From IMG/VR virus record IMGVR_UViG_3300043640_000137, positions 1 through 64,000 of that record: a stretch of DNA of 64,000 nt. One strand, written 5' to 3'. The translations under genes and the position numbers were made by a program. Each line of letters opens with the position of its first letter. The stretch's first letter is position 1. This document shows, in pieces, positions 27,564-37,719 of this stretch. Source of the DNA: a virus. A model generated the notes under the pieces. It did not search any database. It saw only the letters and a list, made by a program, of their open reading frames with translations, and was not told where the DNA came from.

Positions 27564-30500
27564 ATGGCAAGTGAACGCCTGGACATCATCATTAGCGCGG
27601 TCGGCGGCCAAGCCGCGGCGTCCGAGATCAGCAGCATCGGCGGTGCGGCTGAGAAGACGACCTCACTGCTCGGATTCCTGCGCGCGGCGCTCGTCGCTAT
27701 TGCGGCAGTCGAGATCGTGACGCAGTTCACGGAGATGGCAGACGTCTTCACGAACGTCCAGAACCGTCTCGTGCTCGTCACCAACGGCGTGCAGCAGGCC
27801 AACAACGTCTTCAACGGCCTCTACGCGGTCGCGCAGCAGACGCGGCAGCCGCTCGAAGCGACGGCCGACGTGTTCACGCGCGTTGCCCGGTCGGCCGAGG
27901 GCCAGACGCTCACCTTTAACCAGTTGCTCGACGTGACGAAGGGCTTGAACGAAACGCTATTGCTCTCGGGCGCGTCCGGCACGCGTGCGAAGCAGGGCCT
28001 CACCGAGTTGGCCGAGGGCTTGGGCCTCGGCGTGTTGCAAGGCCGCCAGTTGCGCGCCTTGATCACCGACATTCCCGAACTCGCGAACGTCATCGGCAAG
28101 AAGGTCGGTATCGCCGGCTCGCAGTTGTTCGAGTTCGCGCAGCAGAACCCCGGTAAGCTGACGCCTGATCTGATCATCAAGGCGATCGAAGAGGCGCTGA
28201 CTGAGTTGCAGGCGCGGTTGGCGCGCACCGGCCTCACCTTCGGCCAGACCTTCGACCGTATGGCCAATTCTCTCGACGTGTTCCTCGGCCGGCTCGCGCA
28301 GGGGACCGGCGCTGCGCAGAAGCTCGATACCGTGTTGCAGTTTATCGTCGCGCACGCCGGCCAAATCGTTGCGGCGCTGGCGGCGTTCGCGGGCATCGTC
28401 GCTTTCAACTTCATCGTCGGTCAAGCACTTGCACTCGGTACTGCGCTTGCGGGCGTGTTCGGCATCGTCACGCGGCTCCTCAGCGTGTTCGGGCTGATCC
28501 TCGTGCCGTTTCAGCTTTTCCGTACGATAGCGATCGCCATAGGCGCGATCACATTCCTGCCGCTGGCGGCGGCGTTCAGCCTCATCTCCGGGATCGTTGT
28601 GGCCATGGCCAACCCGGTCAAGGCACTGGCTGCGGCATTCGATCTGTTGAAAGTCGCGGTCCTTACCAACCCGCTCTTCCTGACGGGCGCGGCTGTTATC
28701 GCTGCGGCAGTTGTCGCGTTCTATGTATTCCATGACCAGATAACGGGGATTGTGAATAGCCTCGGCGGGATATCGGGTATCTGGAACACCATCGTAAACG
28801 GCGCGGCTGCTGCGGTCACGGTCATCATCGCGGAGTGGCGGCAACTGCCCGCCGTCTTCGACGACATAGGCAATCAGATCACGCAGAAGCTCGTGAATGC
28901 CTGGACGACTGCCAAGGACAAAGCAACCTTGATCATGGAGGGCCTGAAGCACCCGCTCTCGGCAACGATTGACGTGCTCAACGGCACGCCGTCGCCGCCG
29001 GCTCCGGCAACCACGCCGCCGGTTGTTGCCAACCCCGAGGCGGGTGCCGCGCAAGGGCTGCTCGACGACTTCAACAAGAATTTCGCGGCGCGTCAGGCGA
29101 CGGGAACGAACGTCGTCAACACGGGGATCGAGGCTGCCATCGCGAAGGGTAAGCAGATGGTCGCATCGCTCACCAGCCTCACGGCGGGGACGGGCGGTGC
29201 CGAAAATGCGGGCGCGAGCGGCAGTGATCATCCGCAGTCTTCGGGGGATGTAGCCGATCTTGACGCCCTTTCGAAGAAGGCGCAGTCCCTTCTCGCGTCC
29301 GTGAGTCCGCTGATCGCGTTGCAGCAGAAGATGGCCGATACGAGCAAGGCCGTTGGTGAAGCGAGCCGGTACTATGCCGATCAAGTCACGTTCCTCACGC
29401 AGCAGATCGACGCTGGCAAAGACTCAGATGGCCACTACGCGAAGAACCTCGAACAGGTCCGGCAGAACCAGCAGCTTCTCAGCACGGTCATGGGCGATAC
29501 GGAGCGCAAGACTGCGGGCCTCTCGACTTCTACCGACCAGTACGCGCAGAAGTTCCAGGTGCTCAACCAAGTGCTCAAAGACGGTAAGATCAGCCAGGAA
29601 GAATACAACCAGACCATTCAGAAGGACAGCATCGCCTTCCTCGCCACGCAGACGGATGCGCAGTCGGGGGTCGCGCGCACGTTCCTGAAGATGCAGGAGC
29701 AGACCGCCGACGCTGCGTCGGGCATCGAGAAGGCGCTGACGGGTGCGTTCGATGCGGCGAACGATGCTGTTGTCCAATTCGTCACGACGGGCAAAGTCCA
29801 GATCACCGATCTCGCCAACACGATCGAGTCAGGATTGTTGAAGCAGGCGTTGACGGGCCTCGAAGGTGATTTCGGCGCGCAACTCGGCTTCGGCTCGAAG
29901 CAAGGCGGCAACGGTGCGGTCGCCTCGATCTTCAACGGCATCAAGGGACTCATCCCCGGCCTCGGCGGCAGCAGCGGTGATCCGTCCTCCAAGGGCGGCA
30001 TGGACAAGCTCAACGACATAATCAGCGGATCAGGGCTGACGTCTGCGCAGGGCATGCCCGTCTACGTGACCAACGCAGCCGGAGGCATCCCTGGCCTCGG
30101 GGGCGGGTCGAACCCGCTGGCCGGCGCGGAGAAAGCGGCGTCCCCGGACGGAAGCGGCGGTGGCTTCTTCGACTCCATCGGCAGCTTCTTCAAGGGCGCC
30201 GGCAGCGATGTGAGCGATATCCTTAGCAAGATCGGCGGCGGCATCGAGAGCGGCGCGTCTAGCCTCGCTTCGGGCGCGGGCAGCTTGGCCTCAGAAGCGG
30301 GGCCGTTGATCTCTAGCCTGTTCGGCTATGCGTCGGGCGGTAGCTTTCAGGTCGGCGCGGGGACGTCGCTCGGCGATACGAACGGCACGGACAACCGGCT
30401 CATCGCCTTCCGCGCTCGTGACGGTGAGACGGTCAGCGTCACGCCTCCGGGTCAGCGCTCGGGCGGCAGCGGAGTCACCGTCATCCAGAACATCAACACG

Positions 30501-30596
30501 CCTGACGCCAGCAGCTTCCGTGCATCGCAAGGCCAGCAAGCTTCGGGTGCGTATGTCGCACTCGCGCGCGCCACGCGCCGGAACAATATGGGATAA
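27564..30596 (+). CDS. Tape measure protein
   Basis: 1010 aa, Ala/Gly-rich; N-terminal tape_meas domain; C-terminal YASGGSF.V...ARDGE.V.V. Confidence 0.92.
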   Translation: MASERLDIIISAVGGQAAASEISSIGGAAEKTTSLLGFLRAALVAIAAVEIVTQFTEMADVFTNVQNRLVLVTNGVQQANNVFNGLYAVAQQTRQPLEATADVFTRVARSAEGQTLTFNQLLDVTKGLNETLLLSGASGTRAKQGLTELAEGLGLGVLQGRQLRALITDIPELANVIGKKVGIAGSQLFEFAQQNPGKLTPDLIIKAIEEALTELQARLARTGLTFGQTFDRMANSLDVFLGRLAQGTGAAQKLDTVLQFIVAHAGQIVAALAAFAGIVAFNFIVGQALALGTALAGVFGIVTRLLSVFGLILVPFQLFRTIAIAIGAITFLPLAAAFSLISGIVVAMANPVKALAAAFDLLKVAVLTNPLFLTGAAVIAAAVVAFYVFHDQITGIVNSLGGISGIWNTIVNGAAAAVTVIIAEWRQLPAVFDDIGNQITQKLVNAWTTAKDKATLIMEGLKHPLSATIDVLNGTPSPPAPATTPPVVANPEAGAAQGLLDDFNKNFAARQATGTNVVNTGIEAAIAKGKQMVASLTSLTAGTGGAENAGASGSDHPQSSGDVADLDALSKKAQSLLASVSPLIALQQKMADTSKAVGEASRYYADQVTFLTQQIDAGKDSDGHYAKNLEQVRQNQQLLSTVMGDTERKTAGLSTSTDQYAQKFQVLNQVLKDGKISQEEYNQTIQKDSIAFLATQTDAQSGVARTFLKMQEQTADAASGIEKALTGAFDAANDAVVQFVTTGKVQITDLANTIESGLLKQALTGLEGDFGAQLGFGSKQGGNGAVASIFNGIKGLIPGLGGSSGDPSSKGGMDKLNDIISGSGLTSAQGMPVYVTNAAGGIPGLGGGSNPLAGAEKAASPDGSGGGFFDSIGSFFKGAGSDVSDILSKIGGGIESGASSLASGAGSLASEAGPLISSLFGYASGGSFQVGAGTSLGDTNGTDNRLIAFRARDGETVSVTPPGQRSGGSGVTVIQNINTPDASSFRASQGQQASGAYVALARATRRNNMG

Positions 30597-30598
30597 CG

Positions 30599-31624
30599 GT
30601 GATGGGCTTTTTTGACGTGCGTCTGCCGGAGGATATCGAGCGCGGTGCGATCGGTGGCCCTGGCTTCAAAACGACGGTGCTTCAACTCGCTTCCGGCGCC
30701 GAGCAGCGCGTCGTGAACTGGAACCGCTCGCGCGCCAAGTACAACATCTCGTACGGGATCACGAACAAGAGCGATCTCGATCCGGTCATCAATATGTTCT
30801 ACGCGATGCAGGGCATGGCCAGCGGCTTCCGCTTCAAGGATTGGGGCGACTTCCAGATCGGAGACACGCATAGCGGCGACACCGACACGGCGCAGGAGAT
30901 CGGGCTCGGCGATGCGGTGAACGCCGCCTTCCAAATCTTCAAGCGATACGACGTGACGGTCACGTTCTACGATCGCATCGTCTACAAGATTGTCAGCGGA
31001 ACGCTGCGCCTCTTCGTCGATGGCGCTGAGCAGATAGAGAACGTCCAATACACCGCGAACTATGCGACGGGCCTTATCACGTTCCTGGCCGGCCACATCC
31101 CAGGCACGAAGGCCACCAACTCGTTGACCCTCGCGACCATCGTCGGCATCGCGAGCGAGACGGTGACGCTCGGCTCGATCACGTACGAGTTCGTGTCGGC
31201 GCTGACCGGCGCGGCCAACGAAGTTAAGATCGACATCAACGCCAACAACACGGCGAACAACCTCGCCGCCGCGGTTAACGGCTCCGCGGGCGCCGGCACA
31301 ATATACGGCACGGGTACAGTCGCGAGCGGCTCGGTAGTAGCGGTCAACGTCGCAGGGGAGATCACGTTCACCGCGCGCACGGGAGGCGTCGGTGGCAACG
31401 CGGTCGCGTGCAGCGGAACGCTCACCGATCCCAGCAACGTGTTCGGCAATACGGACGGCCATCTGAACGGCGGCACTTCGCCCGCGGTCTCTGTGATGGC
31501 GGAGTTCGATGTGCCGGTACGCTTCGATAGCGATGACCTCGGCGTCAACACGCAAGTCTATTCGAACGAAGCGGTGATCGAGATTCCGCAGATCAATCTC
31601 GTCGAACTTCGCGAGAACAGCTAA
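30599..31624 (+). CDS. Distal tail protein (DUF2460, GTA-like) with internal insertion
   Basis: F.DVRLP.DI..GA.GGP.F.T...SG.EQR..NW; GFRFKDWGD; EFDVPVRFD.D.L. Confidence 0.88.
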   Translation: MMGFFDVRLPEDIERGAIGGPGFKTTVLQLASGAEQRVVNWNRSRAKYNISYGITNKSDLDPVINMFYAMQGMASGFRFKDWGDFQIGDTHSGDTDTAQEIGLGDAVNAAFQIFKRYDVTVTFYDRIVYKIVSGTLRLFVDGAEQIENVQYTANYATGLITFLAGHIPGTKATNSLTLATIVGIASETVTLGSITYEFVSALTGAANEVKIDINANNTANNLAAAVNGSAGAGTIYGTGTVASGSVVAVNVAGEITFTARTGGVGGNAVACSGTLTDPSNVFGNTDGHLNGGTSPAVSVMAEFDVPVRFDSDDLGVNTQVYSNEAVIEIPQINLVELRENS

Positions 31625-32898
31625 TGGCCAAGAGCGCTTCATCGGGGCTATTAGCCGACTTGCAGCAGGACGTCGCGGGACTAGCGACGCTATGGACCAT
31701 CACGCGCAAAGACGGCGTGACGCTCCGCTTCACCGATCTCGACACCGACGTCTTGTTCGACGGCGACACATACTCGGCCGCGGTCGGCTACACGCGCACG
31801 GCAATCGAAAGCCAAGTTGGCACGAGCGTCGATAATGTGGACGTCACCGGCTTCTTCAACGATGACGCTATATCCGAGCACGACTTGCGCGCGGGCCGGT
31901 ATGACTACGCGAATGTGTCGATCCGTCTCGTGAACTGGCAGAACCTCGCGAACGGCCCGATGACGATCCGCACGGGTACGCTCGGCGAAGTCAACTTCTC
32001 AGACAACGGTCAATACTCTGTAGAGATTCGTGGACTCACGCAGGCGTACACGACGATCATCGGTGTTCTCGTGCAGGCTGAGTGCCGCGCGAACGTCGGC
32101 GATCTCCACTGCAAGATTCCGCTCAAGCCCCCGGTCGTGAAGCGCGGTATCGCGTATGCCGTGGGCCAGTTCGTCCGCGCGCCAGTGGCGGTTTCGGGTA
32201 TCGCCAACCCGGACATCGCGTCGATCGTCGCCGGTCTGATCACCGAAGATTACGACAACCGCATTTATGTCTGCGCGACTGCTGGCACGACCGATGCGAC
32301 GACTCAGCCTGTTTACGATGAGACGGTAGGCGACGGCACAACGGACGGGTCTGCGGTCTTCGAAGCGATGGAATCGTGGACGCGCAGCGCCGTCGTCGCG
32401 AGCGTTGTCGGAGACGATCGCACGTTCACGATCACCGTTGATGAGCCCCGTGCGTCTTCTGCGACGCAAGATGCCGAGAACTCGGCCGAGCTTTCCATCC
32501 TTCAGTCGATGGTATCGGTCGAGCAAGCCATGATCGCGACGGCGACGAGCACAGATGTCAACGGCAATACGATTTATGAGTCGCTTAACACGCCTAGCGC
32601 GACGCCGGCAGCACCGTGGTTCACCTACGGCGCGGTCGGCTGGGACACAGGCTTGAATGCCGGGCTCGCGATGGAAATCAAAGGCTGGGATGCGACGACC
32701 AACAAGGTCACGGTCTACCTCGCGATGCCGTACACGGTCGCGGTCGGCGACAAGCTCTCGATCTATCCGGGATGCACGAAGCTCGTGCCGGCGTGCGCCA
32801 ACAAGTTCAACAATGTCCTCAATTACCGCGGTGAGCCCTACGTACCGGGCCAGGACGCGATCCTCGCGTATCCGACACCGCCCGGAACGAGTGGCTGA
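31624..32898 (+). CDS. Baseplate hub protein (DUF2163/BR0599, GTA-like)
   Basis: W.ITRKDG....FTD.D; DL.AGRYD.A; CRA..GD..C; GC.K....C..KF.N..NYRGEP.VPG. Confidence 0.9.
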   Translation: MAKSASSGLLADLQQDVAGLATLWTITRKDGVTLRFTDLDTDVLFDGDTYSAAVGYTRTAIESQVGTSVDNVDVTGFFNDDAISEHDLRAGRYDYANVSIRLVNWQNLANGPMTIRTGTLGEVNFSDNGQYSVEIRGLTQAYTTIIGVLVQAECRANVGDLHCKIPLKPPVVKRGIAYAVGQFVRAPVAVSGIANPDIASIVAGLITEDYDNRIYVCATAGTTDATTQPVYDETVGDGTTDGSAVFEAMESWTRSAVVASVVGDDRTFTITVDEPRASSATQDAENSAELSILQSMVSVEQAMIATATSTDVNGNTIYESLNTPSATPAAPWFTYGAVGWDTGLNAGLAMEIKGWDATTNKVTVYLAMPYTVAVGDKLSIYPGCTKLVPACANKFNNVLNYRGEPYVPGQDAILAYPTPPGTSG

Positions 32899-32900
32899 AC

Positions 32901-33326
32901 ATGAAACGCACTGAAGTAGTCGCCGAGGTTCGCAAGCTGAAGGGCGTTGCCTGGAAGCATGAAGGGCGCACGCGTCACGGTATCGACTGTGCCGGTGTCG
33001 TCATCGTGGTCGGCAATGCGTTCGGCCAGTATAAGTTTCAGCCGCTCGCGAACTACACGCGGCGGCCGGATGGCACATACGTTTCGCACTTCCGCCGGCA
33101 TCTCATCGAGAAGCCTGTTGCGCGAGCTAAGGATGGCGATGTCGTGCTCTTCTCGGAAAGCACGCATCCATGCCACTGCGGCATCATCACGACGATGTAT
33201 GGCAAGCCGGCGGTTGTGCATGCGCATGCACTGCGCGGCACGGTGATCGAAGAAACATTGGTGTCCGCGGAGTCCGTCGTCGGTCAGCCGACGTTCTGCT
33301 TTGCGTACCCCGGCATTGAGGACTGA
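32901..33326 (+). CDS. NlpC/P60 tail-associated peptidase
   Basis: W.HEGR...GIDCAG; GDVVLF; HCGI; VHA. Confidence 0.88.
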   Translation: MKRTEVVAEVRKLKGVAWKHEGRTRHGIDCAGVVIVVGNAFGQYKFQPLANYTRRPDGTYVSHFRRHLIEKPVARAKDGDVVLFSESTHPCHCGIITTMYGKPAVVHAHALRGTVIEETLVSAESVVGQPTFCFAYPGIED

Positions 33327-33329
33327 CCG

Positions 33330-36300
33330 ATGGCGTCATTAGGATTCGGCATTGTAGGCGGCGTTATTGGTGCCTTCTTCGGCATGCCGCAGCTTGGCTT
33401 CGTGCTGGGCTCCGTGCTCGGCACATTGCTGTTTCCGCCGAAAGGCCCTCCGGGCACAGAGGGTCCGCGCCTCGGCGATCTGAGCGTCATGATCTCCTCT
33501 TACGGCGCGGCGATTCCGAAGGCGTGGGGCACGTTCCGCATGGCCGGCAACGTGATATGGGGAACCCCTATCGTCGAGCAAAAGCTGACGACCAAGGTCA
33601 AGCAGGGTAAAGGGTTCCTGACTCCCTCTACCACGGAGACCACCTATAACTATTACGGCAACTTCCAGGTCGCTTTCGCGCAGGGGCCAGCAAGCGGCGT
33701 CGTTCGTATCTGGGCCGACAAGAAGATCATCTATGACGGTCGAGCCAACGCGGGCGGCCTCGTGCTGCCAGGGCTCAACTTCCGCTTCTACGGCGGCTCT
33801 GAAGAGGAAGTGCCGGACTCGATCGTCGAGGCGAATGTCGGCGCAGGTCTGGCGCCAGGGAACCGCGGTATTTGCACGATCGTATTCGACACGCTCCCAC
33901 TCGCCGCGTTCGGCAACCGCATACCCTCGATCGAGGCGGAGATCGCATTCGACTCCAATGAGGCCAACACGTCGCGCGCCGGCATCGCGAACACTGAGGG
34001 CATCTTCGCTAGTACCCCCCTCGGTAGCGCGATGGCCGTCGATCGGTCGCGGCGCCTCATATACACAATCGGTTCGGGCGGCACTGGGGACGCTGGGCTG
34101 CGCATATTCAACATGGACACGCTCGTCGAAATCCGTCAGCGGTCTCAGGCCGACATCTTCGCGAACAGTTCGGCGCTGAGCGCGGCTCCCTCTAACGGGT
34201 TCAATTTTGAGGGCGGCTTCACTGTCGGCGGCGGTGGGTTCATCTACACGGGGCTCGGCGATTCGAATTACGATCCGATCGTTTCGATTGATCCGAATGT
34301 TTTGATGGTGGCAGGGCACGGGGCCGGGGTGCTCGGTGATTTTGGTAACTTGTCGGGAGACATCCCGGCGGTGTGGTCGCTGGCAGAAGCCTCGGGCCTA
34401 GCAGTGCTTGATCCCATTGCGGGTCTTACAACGCCGCGATACCTCGCCGGTCTGACACTAGCATCGTCTTCTCTCGCATCGAAGTTCGTCATTTCCCAAG
34501 ACACTGACTTCGGGTTCCTTCCTGTGTTCGGTGTGAACTTGGGAGGCAACGGGGGCGATGGGACTTCTCTTTCGCTGACGGGGGCGACGCAGTGGCCCGT
34601 CCTTCGCCGCGCACGCGGCATCGCAGTAGACTACAATCCCGCGGATACGGAGGGGGGTGCTGCGCGCTGGTGGGTCGGAGACCAAGAGCTTGCCGGGGGT
34701 AACACGTCCCTCGCGATCCTCCGGTACACGATCGACGAGAGTGGGTTCAACGTCATTTTGAAGACCACGCTCGATCCCGCCGCATGGTTCAATGATGCTG
34801 CGGCCGGAACGCACGCAATCGGCCCCATCGTCGATCAGCGCGACGGCGGGCTCCTCTTCCTCGTGCAGCCATCGAACACCAGTGGTTGCTACGTGCTGAA
34901 GTGGGCGGACAACGGGACTGACGGCGGGACGGGGACCAACGGTCTTCAATGGGTTCTGAGAACAGAGACGGGCTGGCCGCAAGATGAGAACACGATCTGC
35001 CATGAGTCGCAGGTATCTTCGAGCCGCTTCGGGTTCTTCGACGGGACCAGCGCCGCGCTGATCGACACGTCGGTCGGCAAGATACTGGTCGATCAGGCGG
35101 TCGCGCTACCTTCGGGATGGGAGGTATCGGTCGGTCAGACGCAGTTCTATGACGGTGACTCGCAGAGCGTCTATACGTTCACGAATCAGAGCAGCACCGG
35201 CATCGGCCAAATATACCTCGGCCGAGTCACGGGTGAGAGCGCATCGCTCGATGCGATCGTCGGCGACATTTCGAGCCTCGCCGGCTTGAAGGCTAGTCAG
35301 ATCGACGTGTCCCGGCTCACGTCAACCGACGTCCAGGGCTTCGCTCTCGCGCAGCAGATGGCCGCGAGTGACGCGCTTCAGCCGCTGCTCACGGCGTATG
35401 TGATCGACACGATTGAGACAGACGGCAAGGTCGTCTTCGTCCCGCGCGGTAATGACTCTGCCGCATCGTACACGAAGAGCGATCTCATGTTCGACAGCGA
35501 CAGTGCGTCCAGCGTCTTTCAGGAGACGCGTATGCAGGAGTGGGAGCTTCCGCAGTCGCTCTCGATCAACTTCATCGACCCTGCTCTCGACTACCAACCG
35601 AACTCGGTCTCGGTCTCGCGCGTCGGTGCGCCCGCTGTAGGCACGATCGCAGCGTCGAGCCCCGATGCCGAGCAGTTCCAGGTTCCAACTATCACGGTCG
35701 GCTCAGTGGCGGCCCAGGCCGCGAACCTCGCTATCGTGATGGGCGCCACCGAAGCGGTGCAGCTTGCAGAACGGCTGCTCTACACGGCTTGGAATGAGCG
35801 AATGTCGGAGGCGTTCCGTGGCTCGATCAGCATGCTCGAACGCGATCCTGGTGACGTGATCACAGTTGACCTTGAAAACGGAACGGTGCTCACCCTGCGC
35901 TTGACGAAGGCGACGCTGAACGCCGACTACAGCACCAACTTCCAAGCGACGGTACAGGATAAGACGACGCTCGTTGCGACGAAGACTTCGTTGGGCGGCT
36001 TCGGCATGCCGCAGCAAGTTCCGCCGGGTCAGGGCAAGACGCAACTCTTCGTCTTCGATATACCGCTGCTGCGCGATATCGACGACACGAACGGCGTCGC
36101 TTCGCGGCTCTACGTCGGCATGAACGGGTACACGAACAACTGGCCCGGTGGCGTGCTGTGGCGCTCGACGGACGGAGGCGCGACGTACGCATTGACCGGC
36201 ACGCGAGCCGTTGTCGGCTGTGCAAACGGATACGTCGTTGGCGGGTTCCTGCCGGCCACTGACGCTCCCTTCCAGACGGATCGTAAGACCGCGCTTCGAG

Positions 36301-36995
36301 TCGTCATGAACGAGGGCGAACTGGAAAGTGAAACGCAGTCGAACTTCTTGAACAACGCCAACGTCGCGATCATTGGCGATCCCTTCCTCGGTAATTGGGA
36401 AGTCGTACTGTTCCGTGATGCCGTGCAGCAGGACGATGGATCGTACCTCGTCAGCACGATCATGCGCGGTCGGCGTGGTACGGAGGGGCAAGTCAATACA
36501 CACGGAACCGGCGAGTTCATCATCGTCCCGACTGCGGCGGCCTTCTCGACGTACGTGATGGCCCTCAATGACCTGGGCGACCCTGCGTTCTTTCGAGGCG
36601 TCGGTCTCACCGAGCTTGTCGAGGATGCGGATACGGTGACGTTGACACCGAGAGGCAACGATCTGAAGCCGTACGCGCCCTGCCATCTGAAGGCCGCGAA
36701 GTCCGGCAGCGATATCGCGATCACTTGGGTTCGCCGCAACCGGACGCTCGGTGGCTTGAGAGACCTCACCGGAACGGTCCCGATGACCGAGGCAACCGAA
36801 AGCTACTCGATCGACATCTTCAACGGGAGCAGCGTTGTTCGTACGTTGACAGCTACTTCTCCCACTGTTACTTATACAAGCGCCAATATCACAGCAGATT
36901 TTGGTAGCTTGCCAGCCACATTAACCTTCGCGGTCTACCAAATCAGCGCCGCCATCGGTCGCGGGTTCCAGGCGAAGACGACGATCACCCTATAG
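33330..36995 (+). CDS. Central tail fibre / tail tip protein (GTA megatron-like)
   Basis: GPRL.DL.V..SSYG..IP...G..R.AGNVIW; L..FGNRIP; RGRRGTE; 1221 aa. Confidence 0.9.
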   Translation: MASLGFGIVGGVIGAFFGMPQLGFVLGSVLGTLLFPPKGPPGTEGPRLGDLSVMISSYGAAIPKAWGTFRMAGNVIWGTPIVEQKLTTKVKQGKGFLTPSTTETTYNYYGNFQVAFAQGPASGVVRIWADKKIIYDGRANAGGLVLPGLNFRFYGGSEEEVPDSIVEANVGAGLAPGNRGICTIVFDTLPLAAFGNRIPSIEAEIAFDSNEANTSRAGIANTEGIFASTPLGSAMAVDRSRRLIYTIGSGGTGDAGLRIFNMDTLVEIRQRSQADIFANSSALSAAPSNGFNFEGGFTVGGGGFIYTGLGDSNYDPIVSIDPNVLMVAGHGAGVLGDFGNLSGDIPAVWSLAEASGLAVLDPIAGLTTPRYLAGLTLASSSLASKFVISQDTDFGFLPVFGVNLGGNGGDGTSLSLTGATQWPVLRRARGIAVDYNPADTEGGAARWWVGDQELAGGNTSLAILRYTIDESGFNVILKTTLDPAAWFNDAAAGTHAIGPIVDQRDGGLLFLVQPSNTSGCYVLKWADNGTDGGTGTNGLQWVLRTETGWPQDENTICHESQVSSSRFGFFDGTSAALIDTSVGKILVDQAVALPSGWEVSVGQTQFYDGDSQSVYTFTNQSSTGIGQIYLGRVTGESASLDAIVGDISSLAGLKASQIDVSRLTSTDVQGFALAQQMAASDALQPLLTAYVIDTIETDGKVVFVPRGNDSAASYTKSDLMFDSDSASSVFQETRMQEWELPQSLSINFIDPALDYQPNSVSVSRVGAPAVGTIAASSPDAEQFQVPTITVGSVAAQAANLAIVMGATEAVQLAERLLYTAWNERMSEAFRGSISMLERDPGDVITVDLENGTVLTLRLTKATLNADYSTNFQATVQDKTTLVATKTSLGGFGMPQQVPPGQGKTQLFVFDIPLLRDIDDTNGVASRLYVGMNGYTNNWPGGVLWRSTDGGATYALTGTRAVVGCANGYVVGGFLPATDAPFQTDRKTALRVVMNEGELESETQSNFLNNANVAIIGDPFLGNWEVVLFRDAVQQDDGSYLVSTIMRGRRGTEGQVNTHGTGEFIIVPTAAAFSTYVMALNDLGDPAFFRGVGLTELVEDADTVTLTPRGNDLKPYAPCHLKAAKSGSDIAITWVRRNRTLGGLRDLTGTVPMTEATESYSIDIFNGSSVVRTLTATSPTVTYTSANITADFGSLPATLTFAVYQISAAIGRGFQAKTTITL

Positions 36996-37004
36996 GACAT
37001 CACC

Positions 37005-37718
37005 ATGGGCAACCTTTCCGTCGATCAAGTCGTGGCGAGCCAAGATAACAAGGAAACGACCATCAACGATGCTACCGCGGTACTCGAAGACGCGTTAACC
37101 GAACTGTTCGCGAAGACGCTCACAAGCCTCACCAGCCCGATCACGTTGACGACCGACGAGTGGCTGCGTGCGATCCGTGTGGACTTCACCGGGGCGCTGA
37201 CAGGAGACTTCGTTGCTCACGCGCCGGCCGTGAAGAAGCTCTCGATCATCTCGAACCTCACGACCGGCGGCTTCGACGTGAAGGTCGATATCGCGAGCGG
37301 CAATGGGGTCACGGTGCATCCCGGCCAACAGAAGCTCGTCTATGCTGACGGCACGAACGTCGTGCTCGTGCAAGACATGTCGCAGCTTGTCGGCACATTT
37401 ATCCCTGGCCTGCCGGGCGACGGTGCGCAAGTGCTGCGGTTCCTCGCGCCGTTCGACTTCACGATCAAGAAGGCGCTGGCCGGCGCGCGGGCGACAGCGA
37501 AGACTAATCCGACTGCGACGGCGACGTTCTCATTGCAGAAGAACGACACGCAGTTCGGCACGATTGCGATCGGCACCAGCGGCGCTGTGACGCTGACGAA
37601 CACGGCCGACGTGACCTTCACCGACGACACCGACATCTTCTCGATCGTGGCGCCGAGCCCGCAGGACGTGACTCTCGCGGATGTCTCGCTGATCGTGCCG
37701 ATCATTCGGAGCACTTGA
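37005..37718 (+). CDS. Tail fibre-associated protein
   Basis: SQ.NKE.TIN.A...LE N-terminus; position after the tail tip gene. Confidence 0.7.
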   Translation: MGNLSVDQVVASQDNKETTINDATAVLEDALTELFAKTLTSLTSPITLTTDEWLRAIRVDFTGALTGDFVAHAPAVKKLSIISNLTTGGFDVKVDIASGNGVTVHPGQQKLVYADGTNVVLVQDMSQLVGTFIPGLPGDGAQVLRFLAPFDFTIKKALAGARATAKTNPTATATFSLQKNDTQFGTIAIGTSGAVTLTNTADVTFTDDTDIFSIVAPSPQDVTLADVSLIVPIIRST

Positions 37719-37719
37719 T

